A stretch of 64,000 nucleotides of DNA from Octopus sinensis (Eukaryota). The DNA is taken from the NCBI RefSeq assembly GCF_006345805.1, contig NC_043011.1:24006464-24070463 (forward strand), read 5' to 3'. A program made the position numbers and the translations under genes. The notes beneath the pieces were generated by a model, which made no database searches, was not told the DNA's origin, and worked only from the letters and a program-made list of their open reading frames with translations. Below, piece after piece: positions 49,603 through 58,880 of the stretch. How positions within the stretch are numbered: position 1 is the first letter of the stretch; every line of letters begins with the position of its first letter.

Positions 49603-52046
49603 ATATATATAATATATATATATATATGACGGGCTTCTTTCAGTTTTTGTCAACCAAATCCACTCACAAGGCTTTGATCGGCCTGAGGTTATAGTAGAAG
49701 ACACTTGCCCATGCAGTGGAATGTGGTTGGGAAGCAAGCTTTTTACCAAGCAAGCTTTTTCCTTATTATTTATGATCTGTTAATGATTCTCTCAAATGTT
49801 GGCACAAGGCCAGTAATTTCGAAGTGGGATGAGTTAGTTACATTGTCCCTAGTATTTAACTGGTACTTTATTTTATCAACCCTGAAAGGAGGAAAGGCAA
49901 AGCTGACCTTGGCAAGACTTGAGCTCAGAACATGAAGAGCTGGAAGAAATGTTGCTAAGCATTTTGTCTGAAATGTTAATGATTGTGCCAGCTTGTTACC
50001 TCAAACTGTTGATAATGATAATTATTAATAAGCTTACCTTTCCATATAGGAAAATAGGTTGAGAGCATTCCCACAATTCCTTTTTGTAAGTGTCCCCCTA
50101 ATTTCAGCTGTAGAAACAAGGGGGGAATACAAAGCACTGATAAAAATATGAAATGAATTATCACTGACAAATCTGAAATGGAAAAGAAAAATAATTTAAG
50201 ATATAATCACTAACAGATTGTCAATTAATTTGATTACAATAAAACAGAACACATTACACAAAATTATTTATATTACTAGTGATTTCATAAAGTCAACTTT
50301 TTTTGAGGATTTAACTAACTCTAGTATATTATTAGTAAAAGTTTTATTGATCCTGAACAAAATTAGAGAAAGATAACCTATCAAGGCCCAGTAGAACACT
50401 GACATATCAGTTGTCAGCTGTTTACAATCTACTACTTTTTGCAGGAGCCACTATTCACTCAACTTGCTAGAAATAGGGAACAAATTTCTCTTTAAAAAAA
50501 GAAAAGGTAAGACAAAGATAATATATTTCCAGATACATTGTGACTGATAAAAAGACAAGAATGGTTACAGTTGGAATGCCATTCCATTAATGACAGTTGG
50601 ATCTTGTTATGATCTTAGGATCAAGAATAACTCAAAATCTATAAAGGATATGTAAAATGACATCCTCACAAAGAAGACTATTTATGTTGTATTAATGTGT
50701 TAATGATGTTACTATTCTTTTCTCATTAAGGACAGTCCTCATTAAATTTTAAGCAAATGGCAAACTAAGGAAAATAGCTTGAATTACCAAGAATCTCTTA
50801 CGTTCAGTGTTGATACATCAGAAAGAACAAGAAAGGGAAGGTCAATTTAAATTTAAAAAAAAAAGAAACAAAATTGTTAAAGGAATCCAAAAATTTTATT
50901 ATATATAGTCTTTTGCTGGTTTTAGTCACTGAGTACCATTTTACCACCTTTAGTTAAAGCAACTCCAGTACTTATACAGTCCGTCTCTTTTTGCTGAATC
51001 ACTAAGTTAAGGGATCATAAACACTCAAACATCAGTTGTCAAGCAGCAAGAGACATGCACAGACACCCGATGGACTTCCATACAGTTTCCATCCAGCAAA
51101 TTTATTTACAAGGCATTGGACTCAAGGCTATAACAGAAAATGGTATAGTTCCAAGATGCTACACAATGGGACTAAACTTGAGTATATCTTTCGCATGTAT
51201 TTTCATGGTTGAATAATTCTGCAAATCCAGATATTTGCAATTATTACTGGACTGGTTTACATGTAGGTACTCTCATTAATGTTAACATCCTAAACGGGGA
51301 GAGGGGAGAGAAGGGAAGAGTGATAATTTTGTCATGGTCTATATAGACTGATACATTCAGATTAATGTGAGGATCATAAGACAGCATGTTGTAGGACTGA
51401 CTAACAATTCTAATGCTTGGCACTACAATTTAATATGGAGATACAATCCATCAAATCTTCATCATTGTCACCTCACCCTACCCTCCAACTAGGGTGGCTA
51501 TATACTTTCTCAACTGCAAGACACCTGTTTCTGTCTCCTTCAGCTCATACTCTATCCTCTCATCACATAGTACAAAGTACCTGCCTTACTATTACTCCCC
51601 ACTCAGTTGAGGGGTCCCATCTTGCAAGTTACTTGAGGACTTCACTGCTGCTGGTGCCATGTAAAAAGCACCCAGTTCACTCTGTAAAGTGTTTGGCGTT
51701 AGGAAGGGCATCCAGCCATAGAAACCATGCCAAAGCCAGCAATAGAGCTTAATACAGTCTTCTGACTTGCCAGCTCCTGTCAAACAATCCAACCCATGCC
51801 AGCATGGAAGAAGGACATTAAATTATGCTGACAAAGATATACATTTGTTAATTTAGCCCTAAAAAAGGAGGAAAAAAGAAACCATGCAAAAAGTTTTCAA
51901 GATGATTTAAAGACATTTTATAAATTTTAGATCACCTGGTACATACCTTTATGTATGTGAAGGAATGAAAGATGAATAGGAAAAATTGAGAGTAATGTGA
52001 ACTCTACCAAATTCCATTGTGGTTTATATGTTTCTCCATCAGCCAT
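18255..52046 (-). CDS. Divergent SLC6 (neurotransmitter:sodium symporter family) protein, 14 coding exons, 599 aa: join complement(51947-52046,50038-50172,43919-44087,43099-43152,41956-42127,37985-38146,34986-35092,31510-31634,29981-30093,25733-25885,24810-24906,23962-24035,20760-20930,18255-18422)
   Basis: Exon lengths 100+135+169+54+172+162+107+125+113+153+97+74+171+168 = 1800 nt. All introns are GT-AG, phases match at each junction, and there is no internal stop. SLC6-like segments recognised by eye: TM2 '[19 protein letters not shown]', EL2 '[13 protein letters not shown]', 'SAYEFY', 'QITDGIDH', TM12 '[10 protein letters not shown]'. The 125-nt and 113-nt TM7/TM8 exons match typical SLC6 exon sizes. 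Confidence 0.9.
18602..18790. mobile_element. Second copy of the mariner-derived MITE, in the last SLC6 intron
   Basis: Same TIRs and internal sequence (AATAAGTGTGT.AATCTGAGAG) as 13253-13447, more decayed. Confidence 0.7.
20760..20930 (-). CDS. SLC6-like exon 13 (EL6 plus TM12)
   Basis: Acceptor TTTTCTTCAG, donor CAG|GTACAT; '[17 protein letters not shown]' resembles 'LTYxxYxYPxWxxxIGW'. Confidence 0.92.
23962..24035 (-). CDS. SLC6-like exon 12 (short IL5 plus TM11: [24 protein letters not shown])
   Basis: Strong acceptor TTTCTTTCTTTCTATACAG, donor GCT|GTGAGT; 74 nt, phase 1-0, bridges exons 11 and 13. Confidence 0.82.
24810..24906 (-). CDS. SLC6-like exon 11 (TM10: [32 protein letters not shown])
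   Basis: Acceptor GATGTTTAG, donor TATG|GTAAGT; 97 nt, phase 0-1; resembles 'GGxY...VYG'. Confidence 0.88.
25733..25885 (-). CDS. SLC6-like exon 10 (end of TM8 plus TM9)
   Basis: Acceptor TTTTTGTTTCAG, donor AAT|GTGAGT; 153 nt, phase 0-0; ends 'LGVPHTTN', like SLC6 'LGLPxxTx'. Confidence 0.9.
27909..27943 (-). ncRNA. Compact hammerhead-like motif with a zero-loop stem III, one core substitution
   Basis: Minus strand: ATTT-CTGACAA-A-GAG ctcca CTC-GAAAC-GTT-AAAT; CTGACGA->CTGACAA fits CpG decay. Confidence 0.55.
28025..28336. repeat. Compound (TA/CA)n microsatellite; representative of dozens in the window (e.g. 347-484, 879-1092, 3718-4145, 5056-5480, 8426-8935)
   Basis: Direct reading; these tracts account for the Y/I/C/V/M-rich ORFs in the track. 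Confidence 0.95.
29358..29917. mobile_element. pogo/Tigger-like MITE (560 bp)
   Basis: TA|CAGTAATACCTCACTTTACGAG ... CTTGTATATTGGGGCATTACTG|TA terminal inverted repeats. Confidence 0.7.
29981..30093 (-). CDS. SLC6-like exon 9 (EL4b plus TM8: [37 protein letters not shown])
   Basis: Acceptor TTTCCTAATTACAG, donor CTG|GTAAGC; 113 nt, phase 1-0; aligns with 'PGLAFIAYPEA..LP.SPLWS.LFF'. Confidence 0.9.
30400..30668. mobile_element. hAT/Charlie-like MITE relic
   Basis: CAAGTGGTTCTCAACC ... GGTTGAGAACCTCTAG inverted termini; no clear TSD. Confidence 0.5.
31510..31634 (-). CDS. SLC6-like exon 8 (TM7 plus EL4, ends ..SDVPLS-G)
   Basis: Acceptor TTTTTATATTATAG; 125 nt, phase 2-1; donor G|GTGTGT is required to match the phase of exon 9. 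Confidence 0.85.
34986..35092 (-). CDS. SLC6-like exon 7 (TM6: [35 protein letters not shown])
   Basis: Acceptor TTTTTTTTCCAG, donor GT|GTAAGT; 107 nt, phase 0-2 as in typical TM6 exons. Confidence 0.85.
35400..37320 (-). mobile_element. 5'-truncated LINE (L1/Tx1-like), RT plus C-terminal zinc-binding region, pseudogenised
   Basis: Frameshifted ORFs contain '[12 protein letters not shown]', '[19 protein letters not shown]', 'LAYAD', 'GAKINLDK', '[14 protein letters not shown]' and 'SCPRCEQ'. Confidence 0.88.
37985..38146 (-). CDS. SLC6-like exon 6 (TM5 plus EL3)
   Basis: Acceptor TTCTTTACTTTCAG, donor ACA|GTAAGT; 162 nt open, phase 0-0; hydrophobic [20 protein letters not shown]. Confidence 0.85.
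41956..42127 (-). CDS. SLC6-like exon 5 (end of EL2 plus TM4)
   Basis: Acceptor TTTTACCCAG, donor TGG|GTTAGT; '[16 protein letters not shown]' resembles 'LQISDGIEHIGGLRW'. Confidence 0.9.
43099..43152 (-). CDS. SLC6-like exon 4 (EL2: [17 protein letters not shown])
   Basis: Acceptor TTTGTTGCAG, donor AC|GTTAGT; 54 nt, phase 2-2; 'SAYEFY' corresponds to SLC6 'PAEEFW/Y'. Confidence 0.82.
43919..44087 (-). CDS. SLC6-like exon 3 (TM3 plus EL2 disulfide loop)
   Basis: Acceptor TTTATTTCTGCAG, donor AAG|GTAAGA; encodes GVGIAALV...[14 protein letters not shown]. Confidence 0.93.
44506..44736. mobile_element. Tc1/mariner-derived MITE (231 bp)
   Basis: TA|CAGGGTTGGCCAAAAGTCACCTGA ... TCAGGTGACTTATGGTCAACCCTG. 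Confidence 0.8.
45468..45842 (+). mobile_element. Non-autonomous Helitron-like element, copy D (same 3' end as A-C, different 5' half)
   Basis: 5' TCTATATAAA; 3' CCTGAGCAACGCCGGGCGATACTGCTAG|T; sits between (TA)n tracts. Confidence 0.72.
46225..46625 (-). mobile_element. RTE-clade LINE fragment (post-RT region)
   Basis: '[67 protein letters not shown]' is a typical RTE thumb region. Confidence 0.88.
50038..50172 (-). CDS. SLC6-like exon 2 (TM2: [44 protein letters not shown])
   Basis: Acceptor TTTTCCATTTCAG, donor AAG|GTAAGC; 135 nt, phase 1-1; clear similarity to 'GIPLFFLELxLGQ...PxFKG'. Confidence 0.9.
51947..52046 (-). CDS. SLC6-like exon 1 ([33 protein letters not shown]), degenerate TM1
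   Basis: ATG at 52046 with an in-frame TAA 8 codons upstream. 'W..vEF.L.sI' aligns with SLC6 'W..klDFLLS.IG'. Donor AAAG|GTATGT, phase 1, matches exon 2. Confidence 0.72.
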
Positions 52047-52357
52047 ACTGAAATGATGGGAGTATGTTTACTTGGCACAAATTAGCAAGTTTTGTAGGAG
52101 GTTTAGTGTCCCCCAAGGTCAGTACTTGCTTTTTACTGACACTTGGAGACCATCAATTTGACATTAGTAAATGCACTTGTCGACAGCACCTGTAAATAAA
52201 AAAAAAAACATATATATATATATATGTATATATCAAAGGACTTCAAACAAAGTTTTTACACTCACTGAAAATATTGATTTCAATTAGGAGGTGCAAAAAT
52301 GCAATTGAAATTTATTTGCCAATATTTATTCTGCAAAAATAAGTATTATTATATATA

Positions 52358-53520
52358 CTAGCAGAAAGATTGCCCTCCGGGCAGTTTTCTGCTAACCTCT
52401 TGATAATATTTTCACATTTGATTCCCAATTCTAATAATTATTATATTTTATGTCTAATTATTTCTTTGTAAAATAGTGGTCACTTGCTTAGTAAATATTG
52501 CTTTCATTATTTAGTCACAGTCATAATCTCTCTTTTTTAAAACAAACATCAGAGGGAGAAGCAGTTTGTCAAGTTTTACTTTCCCCTCAAAGCAACATAG
52601 AGATTTCAATTCAGCAGTCTATCTGTAAGCTTTGTAGTGTGTGTGTGTGTGAGAGAGAGAGTGGGGGGGGGGGGAACATTGCAAATAATGAATGAAATAA
52701 GCATGAAATGAAAAATTCGTATAGATAAAAGGGCATTACTACAGATGTATATTCCCCCGACTTTGTTGCCTTATAACATCCAGAAAAATGGATACTTTTT
52801 TAACAAAATTTTCTATAAATACCACTTAGATGTTGTGTTCAGAGTATAGAGGGATTTATGGGGAAGAATTTCTCCAAGGGGGTGGAGAGAGGAGTTTTGG
52901 AAAATTCACATGATCTGACTTTTTCCCCTTCATAACTTTCAAGAAGATGGGTATCTTTTAATGAAAGTTTATACAAATCCCTTTCAAATGGTATAGATTA
53001 AGATTATAAAGAAATTTGTGAAGGAAATTTTTTCGGGGATTTTCCACATTTTTTCAAACCACAACCTTCAAAATGACAGGGTTGGTGGGGTGCATCTTTG
53101 TATGAAAAATGTTTTGAAAGCCCTTTTGTTTTTTGTTTTTTTTAACACCCTTTTCCATCATTCTGCTCCGGACTTATTTTGGCCAATTTTTTTTGCCCTT
53201 CAAAATCATGGGAGGAGCATTTTTGGTAAAAAATATAAAAATAAATTAATATTTCCAGAGGAAAAAGTGAGTGATTTAAGGTTGATTTGGCTGTTGTTTC
53301 TAGCACATCCAAAGACAACCCTCCTTGTTTCTTTATCACTCTCGCATGTATTGATGTTTTTCAATATTTTTTCTCTACAAATACATTTATATGCTATAAA
53401 AAAGAAAATTTGAGAAATTATGAATTTTTTGCAACCCCATTCCCTGCCATCAATTGTTTCTGTTTAGAAATAAAAATACTGGAGAGCCTGAGATGGTCAT
53501 TGCTGGCATTTATCTACAGT
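52358..53520 (-). mobile_element. Possible non-autonomous Helitron on the minus strand
   Basis: The minus-strand 3' end reads TAGCAGAAAACTGCCCGGAGGGCAATCTTTCTGCTAG|T (hairpin plus CTAG). The 5' boundary is uncertain. Confidence 0.35.
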
Positions 53521-53536
53521 GATTTAAAAAAATTAT

Positions 53537-53955
53537 GGAGATGTACTGGCATAGCAAGTGACTTGATCTGAAATTGTGTGCTGAAAAAAAAACAAACAAT
53601 TGCAGCATGGAAGATATTTGTAAGCCTTTCAAGAACACACAAAAACTGTTAGTTTTCATGCCACTACTTAAATATAGAGGTCCCAATGTATCTATGTAGC
53701 GATATGAAGGAGAAGGTTAGTTTTTAGGGTTAGGGTTAGTTTTAGGGCTAGGTTGCCATTACATGTCCACACAGTGTACATTTAAAATGCTTTGTACACA
53801 ACACCTGTATATAAGTAGTACTGTTAAGAAACCTAGTACCAGTTTCACTTCAACATTAACATTTTATTTTCAAAATATTTTCATCGCTTTGAAACTGCAA
53901 CCTGTTTACTGACAAAACTTCACAAAAGTGATGCAGCACGAAGTTTTGTCAGTGA
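53537..53955 (+). repeat. Interspersed repeat of the same family as the 7754-7916 element
   Basis: Shares GGAGATGTACT.GCATAGCAAGTGACTTGATCTGA..TGCAGC.TGGAAG and later TCAAAATATTTTC.TCGCTTTGA; includes a 14-bp stem at 53908-53921/53940-53953. Confidence 0.65.
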
Positions 53956-55099
53956 GCATACACACACACACATTAATTGCCTTTCATTTGTGTGTATGTG
54001 TATCTATGTGTGTATGAGTGTGTATTGGTATGTGTGTGTGAGTCACTGTTGAACTCACTTGTGCAGTTTGTTTGAGTATATATTAGCTTAGTGGTACAGA
54101 GTGTTTGGAAACTGTGAATAAGGTGCAAGTTTCAAGTACTTGTTGGTAACTTTTTTTTCTCCTCATCTTCTAATAGTAATTACTCAGCTTTCTAGGATCT
54201 TCTCACAGCTATCCTACGTTCAAAAATTATATGGCTATTTAAAAAAAATTTTCATTCAATAAATAATGTTTTTACATGATATATACATTAAAAAACTGTC
54301 AGTTTTCCAAATAGCAAATTAAAACTTAAAAGAGAAAGTGAAAGACTTAGCAACTGAAAATGGAATACTCTGCAGTGAATGTGATGAATATCTAAATTTG
54401 TGAAGAATTGGATGCAATGAATGTAATGAATATTTAAATTTGCAAGAAATTGGAGTTTAAAAGATTCAATAAATTTGAGAAATTGAAATTATAGGAAATT
54501 TCTTAGAACATGAATTTATAAAAATATTTCCAGACGGTCAACCCTTTAATAAATGCTTTCTTTTAGTAATTGTTACATACCTAATTAATAAGCAGCTTTT
54601 TCCATTATAGTATAGATAACTCACCTAACCTTTGCACATTCATTGATAAAGTAGCACATTCAATGATAAGCCATCATTTATCAAATTATATATCTTAGAT
54701 TGATATATTTTACACCCTTAATCTAATAATTAATTTCCATGTCTAATTCTTGGATGTCCTTCATTCCAGAACTAATTTACACTATACCACAAATACATAA
54801 ATGAGATTCTTGTCTTCATCCATGTCAACCTCCATCTAAACTATTTCCTTGTCTTGGTGATAACATAAATACTGCATAAGGAACATTTGACTACATTTTG
54901 CAACAGTGCAATTTACAAGACAGTGTTACTCACGATTGACATTATTTCTATTAATCTATATGCCTGACTAACTATCTTTCCTCTTGTCTCTTTTTTTCAA
55001 TATCAGAATGTTTCTTAAAATGTATTCTGTTCTAACATCATTGACATCAATCTGGAATTTTTTTGTATGGAAGATTAGCAATTGCTCATGCATGCATGT

Positions 55100-55420
55100 A
55101 TCCTCTTTCCACATCACTCATCTTATCCAAAAGGAAAGGCTACCACTTTAAGCTGATACAGCTTGGTATCAGTGTTGTCACAGGCATTATTGTCAAAGCT
55201 CAAAGAACCAGAAGAAATACTACAAGACATCTTGTCCAATGTCCTAATTGTTCTATCAATCCACAATCCTGGATTGATGCTTTTAGTGATAGAAGATTTT
55301 CAGACAGCACACATCTCAAAAACCTTAATGTGTTCCTTAATTAAAAGCCACATCAAACTTTCCTTTGCAATTTCTAATTCAAATAAGTCTCTGGAGAATG
55401 TCAATGCAAAACCTCATCAC
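55100..55420 (+). mobile_element. Possible highly decayed LINE apurinic-endonuclease fragment
   Basis: 'EEILQDILSNVL....LMLLVIEDFQTAH' loosely resembles the APE 'iilGDFNaH' motif; weak. Confidence 0.25.
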
Positions 55421-57328
55421 TAATCACCTGTTTTCTTTTCTATACAAAGGAGGCTTTCACATTGATCATGTAACTAATCAAGAACATTAATTTGCATTAT
55501 ATATTCTTAGACATAAAGAGTCAGTATTAATTTTCTTTAATCTAATTCTCAAAACATGAAATAGCAAAAAGATGAAAAGTAGAATATCAGTTATATGATT
55601 TTTCCATTATTGGTAACAGGTGTTAGAGTTACATAATTGTTTTTGGTGGATGTGGAGATGCAGCAGAAGTTCATAACTATTAGAAATTTGATTTGCTTTC
55701 AATTTTCAGTTGCAATTATTTCAGTTAATGTATTTAGAAGAGAACCACTTCAAACAATATTTCTCTCATGAAGTTTCATACCTGTGCAAGATATCATGGT
55801 ATACTTAAATTTTGGAGTTTTTCAAATGTATTTTTAATAAATTTATGCTTAATACTACAAAACTTGTTAACAAGGAAACAAACAAGAGACAGAAACATTT
55901 TCAAAGTAACATAGACATGAGTGAGCTGTCAAAGACAACCCTACTAAACGCCTTCTGACTTTGGAATATTTAACTGTTTGTTTTAGAATATTGCATGCTA
56001 TCAAGCAATCAATAGAAACACTCCTGGCATATTTGGTTAGTTCTCATCCTTAGTTTGGAAGTAGAGCATTTATAGTTAACTTTATGTTGTCAAAGATTAA
56101 ACAAAAATATCCAGGTTCTTAAATTTAACAGCAAATGGAGAAAACAAAACAAAAAAACACACCCTAAATTCTTAATATCTTGACACTTGTGTTTCTTTAT
56201 ACCTCTACAGTAAATTAAGTTTAAACAAATCTAATACCTTCTAGAGTCTCCATCAAACAAACTTGATCATACATCTACACATGTATGCAGAGGTCAGGGA
56301 AATGTTTTTTTTTTCTTGTGTGTGGAAGACAAGCAGTGTCGATGTATACTCTCTTCACACTACTGATGTCCCAAGGAAAGGCAATGAGTCAGAACAGCTA
56401 TTGCAAGGTATCCTGTTCAACACTAACACTTCTGCTAATCCACCATTCTGAACTGGTATTTTTTTTTATATTGATGGATGGATATCATAAAAGATGAAGT
56501 AAATCTCTGTGTGATTTGAACACGGAGTTTAGAGAGCAGGAATAAATACTACAAGTCATTTGATCCAACTTTCTAATAACTCAGCTAATTCACCAGCTTA
56601 AAATGTCTTATAAATGTATCATGAAACCTTAATTGAATTTACAAGATAACTTAAATCCCTGAATATATCATGATAAAATCAATAAGTGAGCGAATGTAAT
56701 TTCTATATGTCAGGATATTGAGGTTAAGAAATTTTTTTAGCAATCATGTGATTCCAAGTTCAATCCCACGGTATGTAAGGCAAGTGTCCTCTTCCATAAC
56801 CTTGAATCAACCCAAGTTGTGTGAATGAAACTTGAGAGACAGAAACTATGACCTAATTTAACATCACCACCTGGCTTTTAGGTGCCTTTAACAGAGTTTC
56901 CAGGAGTTGAGATTTCTTACTCTCTTTTACCCTCCAATCTCAGAGGCATAGCAAAAGGATCATGAGCACTGTCCTTTCTTTTCTGATAAGCTGTAAAAAA
57001 AAAGACAACAACTATCACCTTCATAGCTTGTTTACAAACAAATTAACATCAAAGTACTCATCTGCACAGGAAAATCAAAGGAGAGACACTTAAAGTTTAA
57101 TGATTAATCTGAATGTTCACCTGGACCAGTGGTTCCTAACCCAGGTAGCAGTGTCCTCTTGGGTGCAATGTGAGCTCATTAAGGGCCACTGGGTTCTTAA
57201 CTTGGACAGGTAAATGGTTCTTAATTACCAAGTTTAAAATCTACTGGATTAAATAAATCTTCAGATTAACCCAATAAACTTTGAGAAATATCTTACTAGC
57301 CATTTCTATGCAGATAGCTATTTTGATC

Positions 57329-57413
57329 TTAATTTCTTCGGAAATTGTTTCGAATTTTTTTTAATGGCTTATCAGGGAAAGATAGCCATAATGTTTGTAC
57401 CAGACCTCTGTGA
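57329..57413 (-). other. Candidate terminal coding exon (HRGLVQTLWLSFPDKPLKKIRNNFRRN*)
   Basis: Long pyrimidine tract TTTTTTCTCCCTTTCTTCCACTAG; the phase-2 reading fits the 58792-58880 exon; no family recognised. Confidence 0.28.
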
Positions 57414-58791
57414 CTAGTGGAAGAAAGGGAGAAAAAATAACAAAAACAACTCACTTTGTGGTCATCTGCAATCAGGTCATGATTTTCTTAAAAATAAAAT
57501 ATTTAAATCAAATATACTACTTATATTTTAACATATTTTTTCACAGAGATCTTTGTTGAGCTTAAAATATGAATAGCACACTGTGTCATCCGTGAGCAGA
57601 AACATGACTTTGTGCCAAGGAATATAATTTCAGTAAGTTTTTTACCTTTACTAATTTGCATGAAAAATTAACATAGGGTACACTAGTCTATGCAAATATC
57701 TAAAGGCCAAATGCTGGGGGGAGGGGAGACAATAATACACCATTGTGTTGGGTTGGCTTTTGCTTGATTAGACTATTTTTTATGCTGCAAAATGTGAAAG
57801 GGGTCACTGAGCTATGAATGGCTGAGAACCACTGACCTAGATACTTCAACTGTCAACTAATTGTTTCTCTGTCAAGTTTACACCTGATCCTGACATTGAT
57901 CAATATTATTGTTTGGACCTGTATGACAGTCATTTTATACAGCATACATTTAAATGTATGATCAAGTTAACTTGATGGACACTGTCCTCTGTGATAGTCA
58001 TCACAATAATAAACCATTAGTTAACCTGTGAAAAACCCTTTCATTGTTACAATCTGAATTACAATGTTTTCACTGTGGCTAGTACATCAATAACAACAAA
58101 CTCATAGATAAGTGGACAGCAGCTAAATGTCTTACATCTCCATTTCACATTACATTCTAACCTATCCATTAATTCAGTAGATTTCATGAAACCCACTTGA
58201 GAAAACATTTACAACACAAAATCACTAAAAGTGAAAGGTAGATTGTTTCCCATTCTCTCTATCTCTCATATAATAATGTTTACTATGTTCAGTAGTACAG
58301 GGAAGACATGAATTATGCTTATATTAATAACATACTTTTTTTTTAATATTGAATAAATAAAATATACTACATTGTTGATGTGCAACCAATATATAAATAA
58401 AGTCGGTATTTAAGACAAATTCTGCCTGTAGCAAGTGATGCAAGACACCATGGATTTCAAAGTAATTAAATCTTTACAAATTTTTAACAAAGTTTTTTTT
58501 TCTTTTTTTTTGCAAATTTCAATTGACTGAGTCTTAAAATGAAATATAAATTGATATTTTTCATAATTTCTCCAAAACTTGGAATGTTTTGCCCAAAGTA
58601 TAATTTCATTTGAAAACCAGACCAGAGCAGATGAGAGAGCGATGTTGAAATTTTAAAACTTACAAAGGAAGTGGGAGGGGGACTATTTCAAGAATATATA
58701 ATTATGGATGATACATATTTAGAAGCAAAACTTAGTAACAGTTGTAGACGAACAAATTTAAGAGAGAGAGTATCTACTAAATATGACTTAC

Positions 58792-58880
58792 AGATATGGT
58801 AAGGCTGTGTGGATGGAAATAATAGCATCAAGTGATATATGAAAGTATTGGTAAGATTTCAAAGAGAGTAAAAATGAGAA
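58792..58880 (-). other. Candidate exon (89 nt) of an unidentified neighbouring gene or of the SLC6 5' UTR
   Basis: Acceptor ATGTATTTTCAG and consensus donor CT|GTAAGT; open only in phase 0 (FSFLLSLKSYQYFHISLDAIISIHTALPY-L). Confidence 0.4.

Noticed and set aside
54620-54690. Consensus donor TAG|GTGAGT as a possible upstream coding exon
   Set aside because: Weak acceptor and stops in all long frames; at most a 5' UTR exon, and unsupported.
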